Source: Thermoanaerobaculia bacterium
GTDB lineage: Bacteria > Acidobacteriota > Thermoanaerobaculia > Multivoradales > Multivoraceae
NCBI GenBank assembly: GCA_963666565.1
Contig: OY762911.1
Span: 3,008,001 to 3,072,000, forward strand
Direction of reading: 5' to 3'
Length of the DNA: 64,000 nt
In this document: piece by piece, positions 22,101 to 31,524 of the stretch
How positions within the stretch are numbered: the stretch's first letter is position 1
Layout of the letters: the number at the start of each line of letters is the position of its first letter
Notes under the pieces: model-generated
The model's database searches: none
What the model saw: the letters and a program-made list of their open reading frames with translations, nothing else
What the model was told of the DNA's origin: nothing
Program-made: the position numbers and the translations under genes

Positions 22101-22858
22101 GCGTCGGCGAGGGCGGCGGCGAGCGCCGGGAGCGGATGCTCGAACGGACCCGGGATCTCGTGGAGAACATGGCCTCGATGGAGGCCCGGCTGCGGGACCG
22201 CGTCGAGGACGGCCGGCGGCTTGGCCAGCGTCCGGGGCAGCAGGGCGAGCGTGACGGCCGGCAGCAGGGCGGCGAGCAGGACGCGGCCCAGCAGGAAGGC
22301 GGTCAGCAGCAAGGCGGCCAGGAGAGCGGTCGGGAGCGGGGCGGAGACCGGGCTGGCGAGCAGCAGGGCGGCGACCGGCAAGGCGGCCAGCCCGGCGACG
22401 CGTCGTCGGAGGGGGGCGGCGACGCGGCCAACCCCGAGGGCGGCCGGAACTGGGGCCGCTTCAGCCAGTACGGATCGAGCTCGGGCGGCTACTACCAGCC
22501 CGGCGTCTTCACCGCCGAGGATCTGCGGCAGGTGGACCGCGAACTCGACCAGCGGCGAGCCGACCTGGAACGCCTGCGGGACGACCTGCGCCGCGAGCGG
22601 ATGGACACGGGCGACATCGACCGGTTGCTCGGGCAAATGGGCGACCTGAACCTGCTCGGTCTCAACCGCGACCCGCTGGCCCTCGAACGGCTCCGGAACG
22701 ACATCGTCGAGGGCCTGCGGCAGTTCGAGTACCGCCTGTGGCGCGAACTGCGCGGCGGCGACGCCGAACGCGTCTACCTCGGCAACTCCGACCAGGTCCC
22801 GCCGGGCTACCGCGACCTCGTCGACGAGTACTTCCGCAAGCTCGCCAGCGAAAGCTGA
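19160..22858 (+). CDS. Large membrane-anchored coiled-coil protein (DUF4175-like)
   Basis: Three N-terminal TM segments, Ig-like beta region (DDYGV), long Q/E/R-rich helices, GGGG linkers, C-terminal VPPGYRDLVDEYFRKL. SD GGAG upstream. Confidence 0.8.
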   Translation: MASGFDPIYDPTYGELMSVIRRVRARWRMKVALRGLAMLMVTGFAAFAISVWGMDYFLYGERAVEIFRWLAYLTLIALAVRLLVVPLAQRVSRRQVALYVEEHEPTLKASVLSAVELGPVQQGSLGDPERVSPELQRRVLEDAIERCQRSGFAKRIERGALRRFSAALAGAAGAGMVAVLLSPAFLQHGAMLLFAPWRAAAVDNPYRLVVAPGNVTVARGSDQLIGAAVLGFDPDRVELGLRPLDAAGDPDGEWQQWPMNRIGDGFEADEAPMVGDAAATHDFIALNVRADTDYYVDAAGVRSPIYRIRVKDLPYVDRIDLLYRFPGYSGLSDRAVEDGGDIAVLRGTEVEFSILPIFEVEAGRLLVEGDEPRDLKLEGDRLTAAYTVDRGTYYRIELRDDEGRWHRASAEYMVTALDDQPAIVRFTAPGRDVKVTMIDEVFAQVEAEDDYGVSRLNIRYAINGGDETEIGLLDSASSMKKVSAGHTLFLEEMDLQVGDSISYYAEAWDRGRAQPTISDIYFLEIRPFDRNYRQAEQGGGGGMGGAGGLDQTLSVQQKMIISATFRLIRDEDEYTARELAENLKTVSLMQGRLREQVGSLVTRMGNRGQQLLEDGDFARIVELLQQAGVEMAAAEKALEAERPEEALTEEKKALASLQRAESVFREVRVSFEQGGGGGGGNQQLSEDLADLFELELDKLRNQYETVQRGAAEQAQAEVDELMQKLRELARRQQRENERQNRLRSRSQQGGGGGGRQQDLIEETEELARRLERLAREQQRPELRETTQALRQAAEQMRRSQAGSSRSQSNAGTDGIAALDKLREARRLLDRNQRQQLGRDMEELQQRADRVSQMQSRIEEQVGELAGREGEDGQRRSGLSARERSDLIERIMERKDSLTDEVAGLEAQLNRMSQGARNDQPETARKLRESATIIRDEQLKEKIRYSKGVLAGRDAEFARLFENQIRQDIDEVTERIAEARESVGEGGGERRERMLERTRDLVENMASMEARLRDRVEDGRRLGQRPGQQGERDGRQQGGEQDAAQQEGGQQQGGQESGRERGGDRAGEQQGGDRQGGQPGDASSEGGGDAANPEGGRNWGRFSQYGSSSGGYYQPGVFTAEDLRQVDRELDQRRADLERLRDDLRRERMDTGDIDRLLGQMGDLNLLGLNRDPLALERLRNDIVEGLRQFEYRLWRELRGGDAERVYLGNSDQVPPGYRDLVDEYFRKLASES

Positions 22859-22873
22859 GCCGGCCCCGCTATT

Positions 22874-22946
22874 GTCGGTGCGCGGGTCTTCTGACCCGCT
22901 GCCGCCGAAGGCGGCCAGGAAACGCGCCGGCCGTTGGGCCGGCTCC
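22874..22946. repeat. REP-like family 1, extended copy
   Basis: ggtgcgcgggtcttctgacccgctgccgccgaaggcggc...gccggccgttgggccggc. Confidence 0.8.
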
Positions 22947-22966
22947 CGTTGCCGCCTCGGCTGGAC

Positions 22967-23126
22967 GGACCGAAGGGAAGGGGTCCCAGCGGCCGCTCAC
23001 GCTTTCTTGGCAGTGGGGTAAGTCGGCGCTCGCTTCGGTCGGCTGCGTTTCGCCGCGGCGGCGGTTTCTGTGACGGCGCCGGGAGTCACTTGCCTCCAGC
23101 CCGCTGGGACCCCTTCCCTTCGGTCC
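22967..23126. repeat. Perfect 26-bp inverted repeat element (family 3, MITE-like)
   Basis: GGACCGAAGGGAAGGGGTCCCAGCGG at 22967-22992 and its reverse complement at 23101-23126. Confidence 0.8.
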
Positions 23127-23180
23127 TTGCCGAGGCTGAACGATTACGGCAGGGCGTCAGGCCATGCCGGCAGCGCCCCT

Positions 23181-23253
23181 CTGGGTGCGCGGGTCCTCTG
23201 ACCCGCTGCCGCCAAAGGCGGCCAGGAGAAGGCGCCGGCCGGAGGCCGGCTCC
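23181..23253. repeat. REP-like family 1, extended copy
   Basis: ctgggtgcgcgggtcctctgacccgctgccgccaaaggcggc...gccggccggaggccggctcc. Confidence 0.85.
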
Positions 23254-23255
23254 GG

Positions 23256-24482
23256 TCAGTTCCCCGTCGGGATGTCGCTGTAGGGCACGTCGCGGTCGAC
23301 GCGGATCTCGCCGGGGAGGCCGAGGACGCGTTCGGCGATGATGTTGCGGAGGATCTCGTCGGTGCCGCCGGCGATGCGCAGGCCCGGGGAGTAGAGGTAG
23401 GACTGCTGGAACAGGGCCGAGGACGGCATCAGCGACGGGTCGGTGATCACCCCGCCCATGTCCATCAGGTCGGCGCCGAACGAGGACACGTTCTGCAGCT
23501 TGGAGGCTGAGACGACCTTGCCGATCGAGTTCTCGGGGCCGGGGACCTTGCCCTGGGAGAGGGCGGTCAGCGTACGGGCCTTCGTGTGCTCCATGCCCAT
23601 CGCCTCGACGTACCAGTCGGCGATCTTCTCGCGGACGGCGGAGTCCTCGAGGGCCGGCCGGCCGTCCAGGTCGCAGGCGGCGGCGAGCTTCATCGCTTCG
23701 CGGAAGTCCGGCGGCGGCGCGCCGCCGACGGCGAGGCGCTCGTTCATCAGGGTGGTGATGGCCACCTGCCAGCCCTCGCCGATCGCGCCAAGGCGCTGGC
23801 TGTCCGGGATCCGGACGTTGGTGAAGAAGACCTCGTTGAAGTTCGAGCCGCCGTTGATCTGCTTGATCGGCTTGATGTCGATCCCGGGGGACTTCATGTC
23901 GACGAAGAAGAAGGTCAGACCCTTGTGCTTGGGCAGGGACGAGTCGTGCCGCGCGACCAGGATGCCCCAGTCGGAGTAGTGGGCGCCCGAGGTCCAGACC
24001 TTCTGGCCGTTGACCACCCAGTCGTCGCCGTCACGGTGGCAGCGGGTGCGGAGTCCGGCGACGTCGGAGCCGGCGGCGGGCTCGGAGAACAACTGGCACC
24101 AGACCTCCTCGCCGCGGATCATCGGCGGGATGTAGCGCTCCTGCTGCTCCTTCGTCGCGTACTGGGCCATGACCGGGCCGCACATGCCGAGGCCGATGCT
24201 GAAGAAGCCGGTCGGGACGTCGAACCGGGCCTCCTCCTGGTCGTAGATGATCGTCTCGATCATCGGACGGTCCTGGCCGCCGTGGGACGCCGGCCAGTGG
24301 CGGCAGGCGTAGCCGGCGTCGGCCTTGGTGGCCTGCCACTTCTTGGCCAGGGCGAGGCCCTCGTCGGCGTCGAGCCGGCGGCTGACGCTGGGGCGGTCCT
24401 TGCGGGGTTCCGCGTTGGCGTTGAGCCAGGCGCGAACCTCGGCCCGGTACGCGGCCTGTTCGGGAGTGTCGTTGAAGTCCAT
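23256..24482 (-). CDS. Acyl-CoA dehydrogenase (catalytic-type subunit)
   Basis: MDFNDTPEQAAYRAEVRAWL, WCQLFSEPAAGSDVAGL, NGQKVWTS, FNEVFF, IAGGTDEILRNIIAERVLGLP. Confidence 0.92.
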   Translation of the reverse strand: MDFNDTPEQAAYRAEVRAWLNANAEPRKDRPSVSRRLDADEGLALAKKWQATKADAGYACRHWPASHGGQDRPMIETIIYDQEEARFDVPTGFFSIGLGMCGPVMAQYATKEQQERYIPPMIRGEEVWCQLFSEPAAGSDVAGLRTRCHRDGDDWVVNGQKVWTSGAHYSDWGILVARHDSSLPKHKGLTFFFVDMKSPGIDIKPIKQINGGSNFNEVFFTNVRIPDSQRLGAIGEGWQVAITTLMNERLAVGGAPPPDFREAMKLAAACDLDGRPALEDSAVREKIADWYVEAMGMEHTKARTLTALSQGKVPGPENSIGKVVSASKLQNVSSFGADLMDMGGVITDPSLMPSSALFQQSYLYSPGLRIAGGTDEILRNIIAERVLGLPGEIRVDRDVPYSDIPTGN

Positions 24483-25597
24483 CAGGCGGCCTCCTGCTGT
24501 TCCAGACCGGAGATCAGCCGGTCCTTCCACACTCTCTCGCTGCCGATGCCGAGGGCCAGCAGCTTGGAGCGGCGGTAGTAGAGGTGGCAATCGGACTCCC
24601 AGGTGAAGCCGATGCCGCCGTGGGTCTGGATGTTCTCCTTCGAGGCGAAGTGGAAGGCCTGGGTGGCGGCCACGCGCGCCGCCGCCGCCGCGACCGGCAG
24701 TTCCGGCGCGTCGGTCGACAGCGCCCAGGCGCCGTAGTAGCAGTTCGCCCGGGCCAGTTCGTTCTTGATGTAGATGTCGGCGAGCTTGTGCTTGATCGCC
24801 TGGAACGAGCCGATCGGCCGGCCGAAGGCGTAGCGGCCCTTCGCGTAGCCGATCGCCATCTGCAGGCAGGCGTCGGCGCCGCCGAGCTGCTCCATCGCGA
24901 ACAGCACCGCCGCGCGGTCGAACACCCGGTCCTTGACCGCCCAGCCCTGGCCGGCCTCGCCGAGCAACTCGGCCTCGGCGCCGTCGAAGACGATCCTGGC
25001 GTGGGAACGGGAGGGATCGAGCGTGTCGACCGGCTCGCGCGAGACGCCCTCGCCGCCCAGGTCGACGACCGCGAGCGACGCGCCGTCTCCGTCCTTCGCG
25101 ACGACGACGCAGAGGTCGGCGACGTCGCCGTCGGGCACCGGCATCTTCGTGCCGGACAGCCGGCCGTTTCGGAGCGTCGCCTGGAGATTCGCCTCCGTGG
25201 CCTGGCCCGGTCCCTCGGAGAGGGCGAACGTGCCGATGCTCTCGCCGGACGCGAGCTTCGGCAGGAGTTTCGCCTTCTGCTCTTCCGATCCGCCCTGGAG
25301 GATCGCTTCGGCGGCGAGGTAGACGGACGACGAGAAGGGGACCGGCGCGACGGCGCGGCCGAGTTCCTCGGCGACAACGCAGAGTTCGAGGTAGCCGAAG
25401 CCGATGCCGCCGTACTCTTCGGGGATCGCGATTCCGGGCGACTCGTTGGCGCAGATCTGCTGCCACAGGTCGCGCGCGAACGGCTCGTCCGCGTCCTCCA
25501 GCACCCGCCGGGGCACGGTCGTGTCGCAGGCGGCGCGCAGGAAGCCGCGCGTCTGCTGTTTCAATGCCTTCTGGGCATCCGAGAAATCGAAGTTCAT
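24482..25597 (-). CDS. Acyl-CoA dehydrogenase (partner subunit of a likely heteromeric pair)
   Basis: MNFDFSDAQK, RYAFGRPIGSFQAIKHKLAD, IQTHGGIGFTWE. Stop overlaps the start of the next acyl-CoA dehydrogenase. Confidence 0.92.
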   Translation of the reverse strand: MNFDFSDAQKALKQQTRGFLRAACDTTVPRRVLEDADEPFARDLWQQICANESPGIAIPEEYGGIGFGYLELCVVAEELGRAVAPVPFSSSVYLAAEAILQGGSEEQKAKLLPKLASGESIGTFALSEGPGQATEANLQATLRNGRLSGTKMPVPDGDVADLCVVVAKDGDGASLAVVDLGGEGVSREPVDTLDPSRSHARIVFDGAEAELLGEAGQGWAVKDRVFDRAAVLFAMEQLGGADACLQMAIGYAKGRYAFGRPIGSFQAIKHKLADIYIKNELARANCYYGAWALSTDAPELPVAAAAARVAATQAFHFASKENIQTHGGIGFTWESDCHLYYRRSKLLALGIGSERVWKDRLISGLEQQEAA

Positions 25598-25628
25598 TGC
25601 TGCTCCTGGTCGGTTTCGGAAGGCGAGT

Positions 25629-25730
25629 CTAGGAGCTAGCGGCGCGGAACGCAACGGAGCGAGATGCGCGACGCCAGCTCCTGGAGAGGTGGGGGCTGGG
25701 GGCAAACGCGGAGCTTGCGACGGGTTTGGC
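25629..25730. repeat. Structured repeat family 2, copy A
   Basis: ctaggagctagcggcgcggaacgc...agctcctgg...aaacgcggagcttgcgacgggttt, which aligns with 33874-33973. Confidence 0.6.
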
Positions 25731-25752
25731 GGCGGCAGCGAAACGGCGGCTC

Positions 25753-26505
25753 TCAGATGTCGTAGATCCGGCCCTCCTCGAGCGCCTCGATCTCCAGGCC
25801 GCGCCGAGCGACCATGTCGTCGCCCAGGTGCGTGAGCAGCATCCTCCCGCAGTCGAAGAGGCGCCGCCGGGCCAGCAGTTCGCGGTAGTTCAGGTGGTTC
25901 GGAATCGGCCGGTCGTAGGAGTTGCACTCGCAGATGAACAGGTCGGCGCCCGCCGCGGCATCGACCAGGGCGTCCGTCCACTCCGTGTCGCCCGAGAAGG
26001 CGAGCGCGCGGCCCCCGTACTCGACCCGGAGGGCGTGGCTGGGGGCGCCGGAGGGATGGACGACCTCGAAGGGCGTTACGCGAAGGCCGTTGACCTCGGC
26101 CGGGACGCGTTCCCGCAGCTCGACGATCTCCACCTCGAAGGCCGGCTCGCGCCGGGTCGAGGACGGGTAGAGCGCCTCCTGCGCCTGGCGCAGCCGGTCG
26201 GCGAGAGTCGGCGGTCCCGCCAGGGTGAGCGGTTCCGTGCGGCGGGCGCGGTAGTGCGCGTCGCTGAGCAGGAACGGCAGGCCGCCGAAGTGGTCGCCGT
26301 GCAGGTGGGTGATCAGGATGGTGCGGACGGTCGCCGGTTCGATGCCGCGCCCCTTCATCGCCGCGAGCGACGTGGCGCCGCAGTCGAGCAGCGCCGGCGG
26401 CAGCGGACCGTCGCCGGTCTCCCCGCCGAGCAGGAAACAGGTGTGAAGGCGTCCGCCGCTGCTGAAGGCGTCGCCGCAGCCCAGGACCTGGAGCCGGAAG
26501 GTCAC
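25753..26505 (-). CDS. MBL-fold metallo-hydrolase (RNase Z-like)
   Basis: VLGCGDAFSSGGR, LDCG, THLHGDHFGG, FSGDT, LTHLG. Confidence 0.88.
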   Translation of the reverse strand: MTFRLQVLGCGDAFSSGGRLHTCFLLGGETGDGPLPPALLDCGATSLAAMKGRGIEPATVRTILITHLHGDHFGGLPFLLSDAHYRARRTEPLTLAGPPTLADRLRQAQEALYPSSTRREPAFEVEIVELRERVPAEVNGLRVTPFEVVHPSGAPSHALRVEYGGRALAFSGDTEWTDALVDAAAGADLFICECNSYDRPIPNHLNYRELLARRRLFDCGRMLLTHLGDDMVARRGLEIEALEEGRIYDI

Positions 26506-27545
26506 GCGGGGAAGCGCTCCAGGAGTTGCGCCGCGACGCCGGCGGCGATCGCGGCCGGCGCCTTGGACCGGATCCGCGGGCTTCCGATCGGACAGACGAG
26601 CGTGTCGGCCAGATCGTCTCGCAGACCGGCGTTCCGGAGTCTCTGCAGGAACCGGGCTCGCTTGCTCGCGGAACCGATGAGCCCGACGTAGGCGAAGCGC
26701 TCCGCCGCGAGCGCGGCATGGACGATCTCCAGATCGAGCGGATGGCTGTGGGTCATCACGACGACGGCGGCGTTCGATGGCGCCGCGATCAGCTCCGCCG
26801 CGGCGTTTCGGCTCTCGATCGTCCGGACGCGACCGGGCAGCACGGACGGGAACTGTCCGCGGCGCTCGTCGATCCAGGTGACGGCGAACGGCAGGGGGGC
26901 CAGCGCGAGGATGAGCGCCCGGCCGACGTGACCGGCGCCGAAGAGCCAGACTTCCGGCGGCCGCCCGCCGAACCGTTCGACGATCTCGACCTCGTCGCCG
27001 GAGGCCGCGGCGTGGCTTTGCCGCTCTTCGGGCACGGGCCGCCGGACGATCTCGACCGTCCGGCCGTTCTCCCGGGTCCCGGTCCGTCGCCGGCTGGCCG
27101 CGTCGCCGCTGCCATTCGCGCCCTTCCGTCGCTCGACCGGAATCCGGTCCACCGCGCGGCGGCCAATCCGGGCGCGCGTCAGGAACGGGCCGGCCTCCTC
27201 CCGCTCGGCGAGCGCCCGCACCGCGTCCGATTGCCCGCCGTCGAACACCTCGCAGAGAACGTCGACGCTGCCGCCGCAGCACTGGCTGAGTTCGGGGCCG
27301 AGCGAGTAGCGGTCGAGGGTCGCCGACCGCTCGTCCGCGTCAAGCGCCCTGCGGGCGGCGCCGAGAACCCGCCACTCGAGTTCGCCGCCGCCGATCGTCC
27401 CGGAGAAGCCCGCCTCGCCCGGTCCGACCACCATCCGCGCGCCGGCTTCCCGCGGCGCCGAGCCCCGCACCTCCGCCACGGTGACCAGGGCGCAGGCTCC
27501 GTGCGCGTCGAGAAGACGGGCGACTCGCGGCCAGACCTCGGCCAT
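26502..27545 (-). CDS. xdhC: Xanthine dehydrogenase accessory protein
   Basis: GSAPREAGARM, GTIGGGELE, QCCGG, LFGAGHVG, MTHSH, GLIGSASK, CPIG. Confidence 0.92.
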   Translation of the reverse strand: MAEVWPRVARLLDAHGACALVTVAEVRGSAPREAGARMVVGPGEAGFSGTIGGGELEWRVLGAARRALDADERSATLDRYSLGPELSQCCGGSVDVLCEVFDGGQSDAVRALAEREEAGPFLTRARIGRRAVDRIPVERRKGANGSGDAASRRRTGTRENGRTVEIVRRPVPEERQSHAAASGDEVEIVERFGGRPPEVWLFGAGHVGRALILALAPLPFAVTWIDERRGQFPSVLPGRVRTIESRNAAAELIAAPSNAAVVVMTHSHPLDLEIVHAALAAERFAYVGLIGSASKRARFLQRLRNAGLRDDLADTLVCPIGSPRIRSKAPAAIAAGVAAQLLERFPA

Positions 27546-27549
27546 GGAG

Positions 27550-29892
27550 TCAGCCGGCGGCCGCCGCCGGGACGGCGCGCGCGGGCGCGGGGTCGCGGCG
27601 GCGGATCGCGTCCGCGGCGCGCAGGATGGCTTCCGGCGTGGCCGGCGCGTCGAGCGGCGGCACCCGGCCGGGGGCCAGGCTGGCCACGGCGTGGACGATG
27701 GCCGAGAACACGGAGAGCGCCAGCATGAGGGGCGGTTCGCCGACCGCCTTCGAGCGGTGGATCGTGCGTTCGGGGTTCCGCCCCGGCTCGTAGATCTCGA
27801 CCCGGAAGTCGGCCGGGACGTCGGAGCAGGTGGGGATCTTGTAGGTCGACGGCGCGTGGGTCAGCAGGCGGCCGGACTGGTCGAACACGAGTTCTTCGTT
27901 CGTCAGCCAGCCCAGGCCCTGGACGAAACCGCCCTCGATCTGCCCCATGTCGATCGCAGGATTGAGCGATCGTCCGGCGTCGTGGAGGATGTCGACCCGG
28001 TCGAGCCGCATCTCGCCCGTCTCCGTGTCGACGGTGACCTCGCTGCAGGCGGCCCCGCAGGCGAAGTAGAGGAAGGGCCGTCCGCTTCGCTCGTCGCGGT
28101 TCCAGCCGATCTTCGGCGTCCGGAAGAAGCCGGTCGCCGAGAGGGAGACGCGTTCCGTGAAGGCGAGCGACGCGGCCTCCGCGAACGGCATCGTCTCGCC
28201 GTGCCGGGGTTCGCCGCTTGCGGGGCCCACCTCGCCGTTCTCGAAACGGATCCGGTCCGGCTCGACGCCGAAACGGCGGCCGGCGACCTTCGCGAGGCGC
28301 CGCCGGATCTTCCGGGCCGCGCGCTTCGCCGCCATGCCGTTCAGGTCCGAGCCGGAGGACGCGGCGGTGGCCGGCGTGTTCGGCACCTTGTCCGTTCGCG
28401 TCGCCGTGACCCGCACCCGGTCCATGCCGACTCCCAGTTCCTCGGCCACCACCTGCGCGACCTTGACGTAGAGCCCCTGGCCCATCTCGGTGCCGCCGTG
28501 GTTCACCTGGACCGAGCCGTCCGTGAAGACGTGGACCAGGGCGCCGGCCTGGTTCAGCGTCAGCAGCGTGTAGGCGATCCCGAACTTCACGGGCGTCAGG
28601 GCGATGCCCTTGCGCAGCGGGCCGCCCCGCGCGTTGAAGCGGGCCGCCTCTTCCCGCCGGGAGGCGTAGCCGCTGCTCGCTTCCAGGGCGCCGACGATGT
28701 CCGGAAGCACGTGCTCTTCGACGGTCTGGCCGTAGGGCGTCGTGTCGCGTCCCGGGCGGTAGAGGTTCCGCTTGCGGACGGCGAGCGGGTCGAGCCCCAG
28801 CCTGATGGCCGCTTCGTCCATCATCCGCTCGGCGACGATCATCCCCTGCGGCCCGCCGAAGCCGCGGAAGGCGGTGTTCGAGACGGTGTCCGTCCGCAGG
28901 CGGCGCGAACGGATCGCGGCGGCCGGGTAGTGGTAGGCGTTGTCCGCGTGAAACAGCGCCCGGTCGCAGACGCCCATCGACAGGTCGGCCGAACACCCGA
29001 CGCGGGCGGCCAGATCGATCTCGACGCCGGTCAGGACGCCGGAGGCGTCCACGCCGCAGCGGTAGTCCGCCCGGAAATCGTGGCGCTTGCCGGTCATCGC
29101 CATGTCGTCGTCGCGGTCGAGCCGGACCTTGGCGGGGCGGCCGACGGCGCGGGCGGCGAGGGCGGCGAGACAGGCCCACTGCGCCGCCTGGGACTCCTTG
29201 CCGCCGAACGCGCCGCCCATTCGCCGGCACTCGCAGACGACGGCCGCGTCCGGGATGTCGAGCATCGCGGCGACCAGCCCCTGCACCTCGGTCGGGTGCT
29301 GGGTGGAGGAGAAGACGCGGATCTCGTCGTCTTCGCCCGGCACGGCGAGCGCCGCCTGGCCCTCCAGGTAGAAGTGGTCCTGGCCGCCAATCCGCAGCCT
29401 TCCCTCCAGCCGGTGGGGCGCGGCCGCCACGGCGGAGGCGGCATCGCCCCGTTCGAAGCCGTAGGGTGGCTTCAGGTCGCTTCCGGCGGCGAGCGCGTCG
29501 TCCACGCCGACCCGCGGCGAACCGGACTCGACCTCGATGCGGGCCCGCTTCGCGGCCCGGCGGGCGATGTCCCTGGTCTCGGCCACGACCGCGAAGACGA
29601 CGTCGCCCGGGAAGCGGATCTCGCCTTCGGCCAGGATCGGGTCGTCCCCGGCGGCCGGGCTGCAGTCGTTCCGGCCCGGAATGTCGCCGGCTTCGAGAAC
29701 GGCGAGGACGCCGGGGAAGGAGCGCACGGCCGAGAGGTCCAGGGAGCGGATGAGGCCGCGGCCGGCGTTCGCCGCGCCGGGCGCCACGTGGACCGTGCCC
29801 GGCGGTTCCGGCAGATCGTCGACGTAGTTCGCGGTGCCCCGCGCGTGCCGCGCCGCGCTGTCGTGGGGCAGTGCCCGGCCGACGCTCTTCAC
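27550..29892 (-). CDS. xdhB: Xanthine dehydrogenase molybdopterin-binding subunit
   Basis: HDSA, GGQDHFYLEGQ, SSTQHP, RRMGGAFGGKESQ, TAFRGFGGPQG, GGTEMGQG, SKAVGEPP. Confidence 0.95.
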   Translation of the reverse strand: MKSVGRALPHDSAARHARGTANYVDDLPEPPGTVHVAPGAANAGRGLIRSLDLSAVRSFPGVLAVLEAGDIPGRNDCSPAAGDDPILAEGEIRFPGDVVFAVVAETRDIARRAAKRARIEVESGSPRVGVDDALAAGSDLKPPYGFERGDAASAVAAAPHRLEGRLRIGGQDHFYLEGQAALAVPGEDDEIRVFSSTQHPTEVQGLVAAMLDIPDAAVVCECRRMGGAFGGKESQAAQWACLAALAARAVGRPAKVRLDRDDDMAMTGKRHDFRADYRCGVDASGVLTGVEIDLAARVGCSADLSMGVCDRALFHADNAYHYPAAAIRSRRLRTDTVSNTAFRGFGGPQGMIVAERMMDEAAIRLGLDPLAVRKRNLYRPGRDTTPYGQTVEEHVLPDIVGALEASSGYASRREEAARFNARGGPLRKGIALTPVKFGIAYTLLTLNQAGALVHVFTDGSVQVNHGGTEMGQGLYVKVAQVVAEELGVGMDRVRVTATRTDKVPNTPATAASSGSDLNGMAAKRAARKIRRRLAKVAGRRFGVEPDRIRFENGEVGPASGEPRHGETMPFAEAASLAFTERVSLSATGFFRTPKIGWNRDERSGRPFLYFACGAACSEVTVDTETGEMRLDRVDILHDAGRSLNPAIDMGQIEGGFVQGLGWLTNEELVFDQSGRLLTHAPSTYKIPTCSDVPADFRVEIYEPGRNPERTIHRSKAVGEPPLMLALSVFSAIVHAVASLAPGRVPPLDAPATPEAILRAADAIRRRDPAPARAVPAAAAG

Positions 29893-31370
29893 GCCGCGGC
29901 CTCCCTGTGGCCCCGGACCCGCGTTTCGCCGCTGGCGCGCCCCGCGGTCTCGTCGAGAGCCTTCAGCACGAGGGCGCCTGCGACCCGCAGCCGGTAGCGG
30001 GCGCTGGCCCGGTGATCGTCGATCGGGGAGAAGTCCTGAGCGAGCGCGTCGCGCACGGACCGTTCCGCGGCGCGCGGGGTTCCTTCGCGCTCCAGGTTGA
30101 GCCCGGTCACCGCCTGCTCCGTCCGCGGCGAGCGCTTCGGCGTCGCCGCCATGCCGCCCCAGGCCATCGTCGCCGAAGCGATCCGGCCGCCCGCAAGCCC
30201 GAACCGGAAGGCGCCCAGGACGGAGGAGATGTCCTGGTCGTAGCGCTTCGAGATCTTGTAGCTCCTGAAACGCTCGTCCGGGCCGAGGCGCGGGATCCGG
30301 ATCCTGGTCAGGAGTTCGCCGGGCGCGCGGTTCTGGACTCCGTAGTCGATGAAGAAGTCCTCGATCGGCAGGGTGCGCCGACGAACGCCGAGGCGCAGTT
30401 CGATCGAGGCGCCGAGCGCGATCAGGACGGGGGGCATGTCGCCGATCGGCGAGCCGTTCGCGATGTTGCCGCCGACCGTGCCGACCGCCCGCACCTGCTT
30501 GGAGCCGAGGCGGCGGAGCACCTCGCCGACGTCCGGATCGATTCCGCCTAGCGCCGCCTCGGCCTCGGCGTAGGTGGCCGCCGCTCCGAGTTCCACGCGC
30601 TCGTCCTCTTCCCGCACGGCGCGGAGCGAAGGCACGCGCCCGGTGTGGATGATGCGGGGAAGGTCGCGCAGTTCCTTCGTGATCCACAGGCCGACGTCCG
30701 TGGCGCCCGCGACGATGACCGCGTCGGGATGGCGTGCGCAGAGTTCGGCGAGGCTGTCCTCGGAGGCGGGCGCCGCGAAGAACGCCTCGTCGCTGCCGGC
30801 GAAGAGGTCTTCGCCGTCGTCGAGTTCCTTCAGCAGGGCCGCGGCGCGGGCCGCGTTGCGGGCAAAGTCGTCGCGCGGCGGGCCGCCGCAGCAGGCGAGA
30901 GCGGCGTCGGCGATGGGGCGGTAGCCGGTGCAGCGGCAGAGGTTTCCGGCGAGCCAGTCGTTCACCGCGTCGCGGTTCGGGCTCTCGTTCGCGTGGTACA
31001 GGGCGAACAGGGTCATGACGAAGCCGGGCGTGCAGAACCCGCACTGGGAACCGTGGCAGTCGACGAGCGCCTGCTGGACGGGATGGAGATCGTCGGACGA
31101 CCGCGCCAGGTCCTCGACGGCGACGACTTCGGCGCCGTCCAGCGTGCCGAGGAGCTGGATGCAGCTGTTTGCCGGCTCGTAGACGATCCGCCCGTCGCGC
31201 AGCCGTCCGACGGCGACCGTGCAGGCGCCGCAGTCTCCCTCCGCGCAGCCCTCCTTGGTGCCCGTGGACCGCTCGCGGAGCCGCAGATGGTCGAGGAGCG
31301 TCTCGGTGGGGGCGAATCCGCCGAGGCTGACGACCCGGCCGCGACGGACGAAACGCACGGCGTCCCGCAT
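29889..31370 (-). CDS. xdhA: Xanthine dehydrogenase small subunit (2Fe-2S plus FAD)
   Basis: GTKEGCAEGDCGAC, SQCGFCTPGF, GNLCRCTGY, AGATD, GGNIANGSPIGD, YKISKRYDQDIS. Confidence 0.95.
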   Translation of the reverse strand: MRDAVRFVRRGRVVSLGGFAPTETLLDHLRLRERSTGTKEGCAEGDCGACTVAVGRLRDGRIVYEPANSCIQLLGTLDGAEVVAVEDLARSSDDLHPVQQALVDCHGSQCGFCTPGFVMTLFALYHANESPNRDAVNDWLAGNLCRCTGYRPIADAALACCGGPPRDDFARNAARAAALLKELDDGEDLFAGSDEAFFAAPASEDSLAELCARHPDAVIVAGATDVGLWITKELRDLPRIIHTGRVPSLRAVREEDERVELGAAATYAEAEAALGGIDPDVGEVLRRLGSKQVRAVGTVGGNIANGSPIGDMPPVLIALGASIELRLGVRRRTLPIEDFFIDYGVQNRAPGELLTRIRIPRLGPDERFRSYKISKRYDQDISSVLGAFRFGLAGGRIASATMAWGGMAATPKRSPRTEQAVTGLNLEREGTPRAAERSVRDALAQDFSPIDDHRASARYRLRVAGALVLKALDETAGRASGETRVRGHREAAA

Positions 31371-31524
31371 CGGTGCAGCGTATCGGACGGCGGATCCGCC
31401 GCCGTCCGCCCCGCCGGCATTGGCCCTGGCCGCCGGCTCAACTGGCCGGCGACTCGCGGCGTCGCCCGTCAATGCGCCTGTCGGTGCGCCGGCCCTCTGG
31501 CCGCCATCCGGCCCGGCCTCCGGC

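Noticed and set aside
22230-22445. Q/G-rich repeats in the DUF4175-like gene as a separate element
   Set aside because: This is an ordinary low-complexity linker of the kind expected in such coiled-coil proteins.
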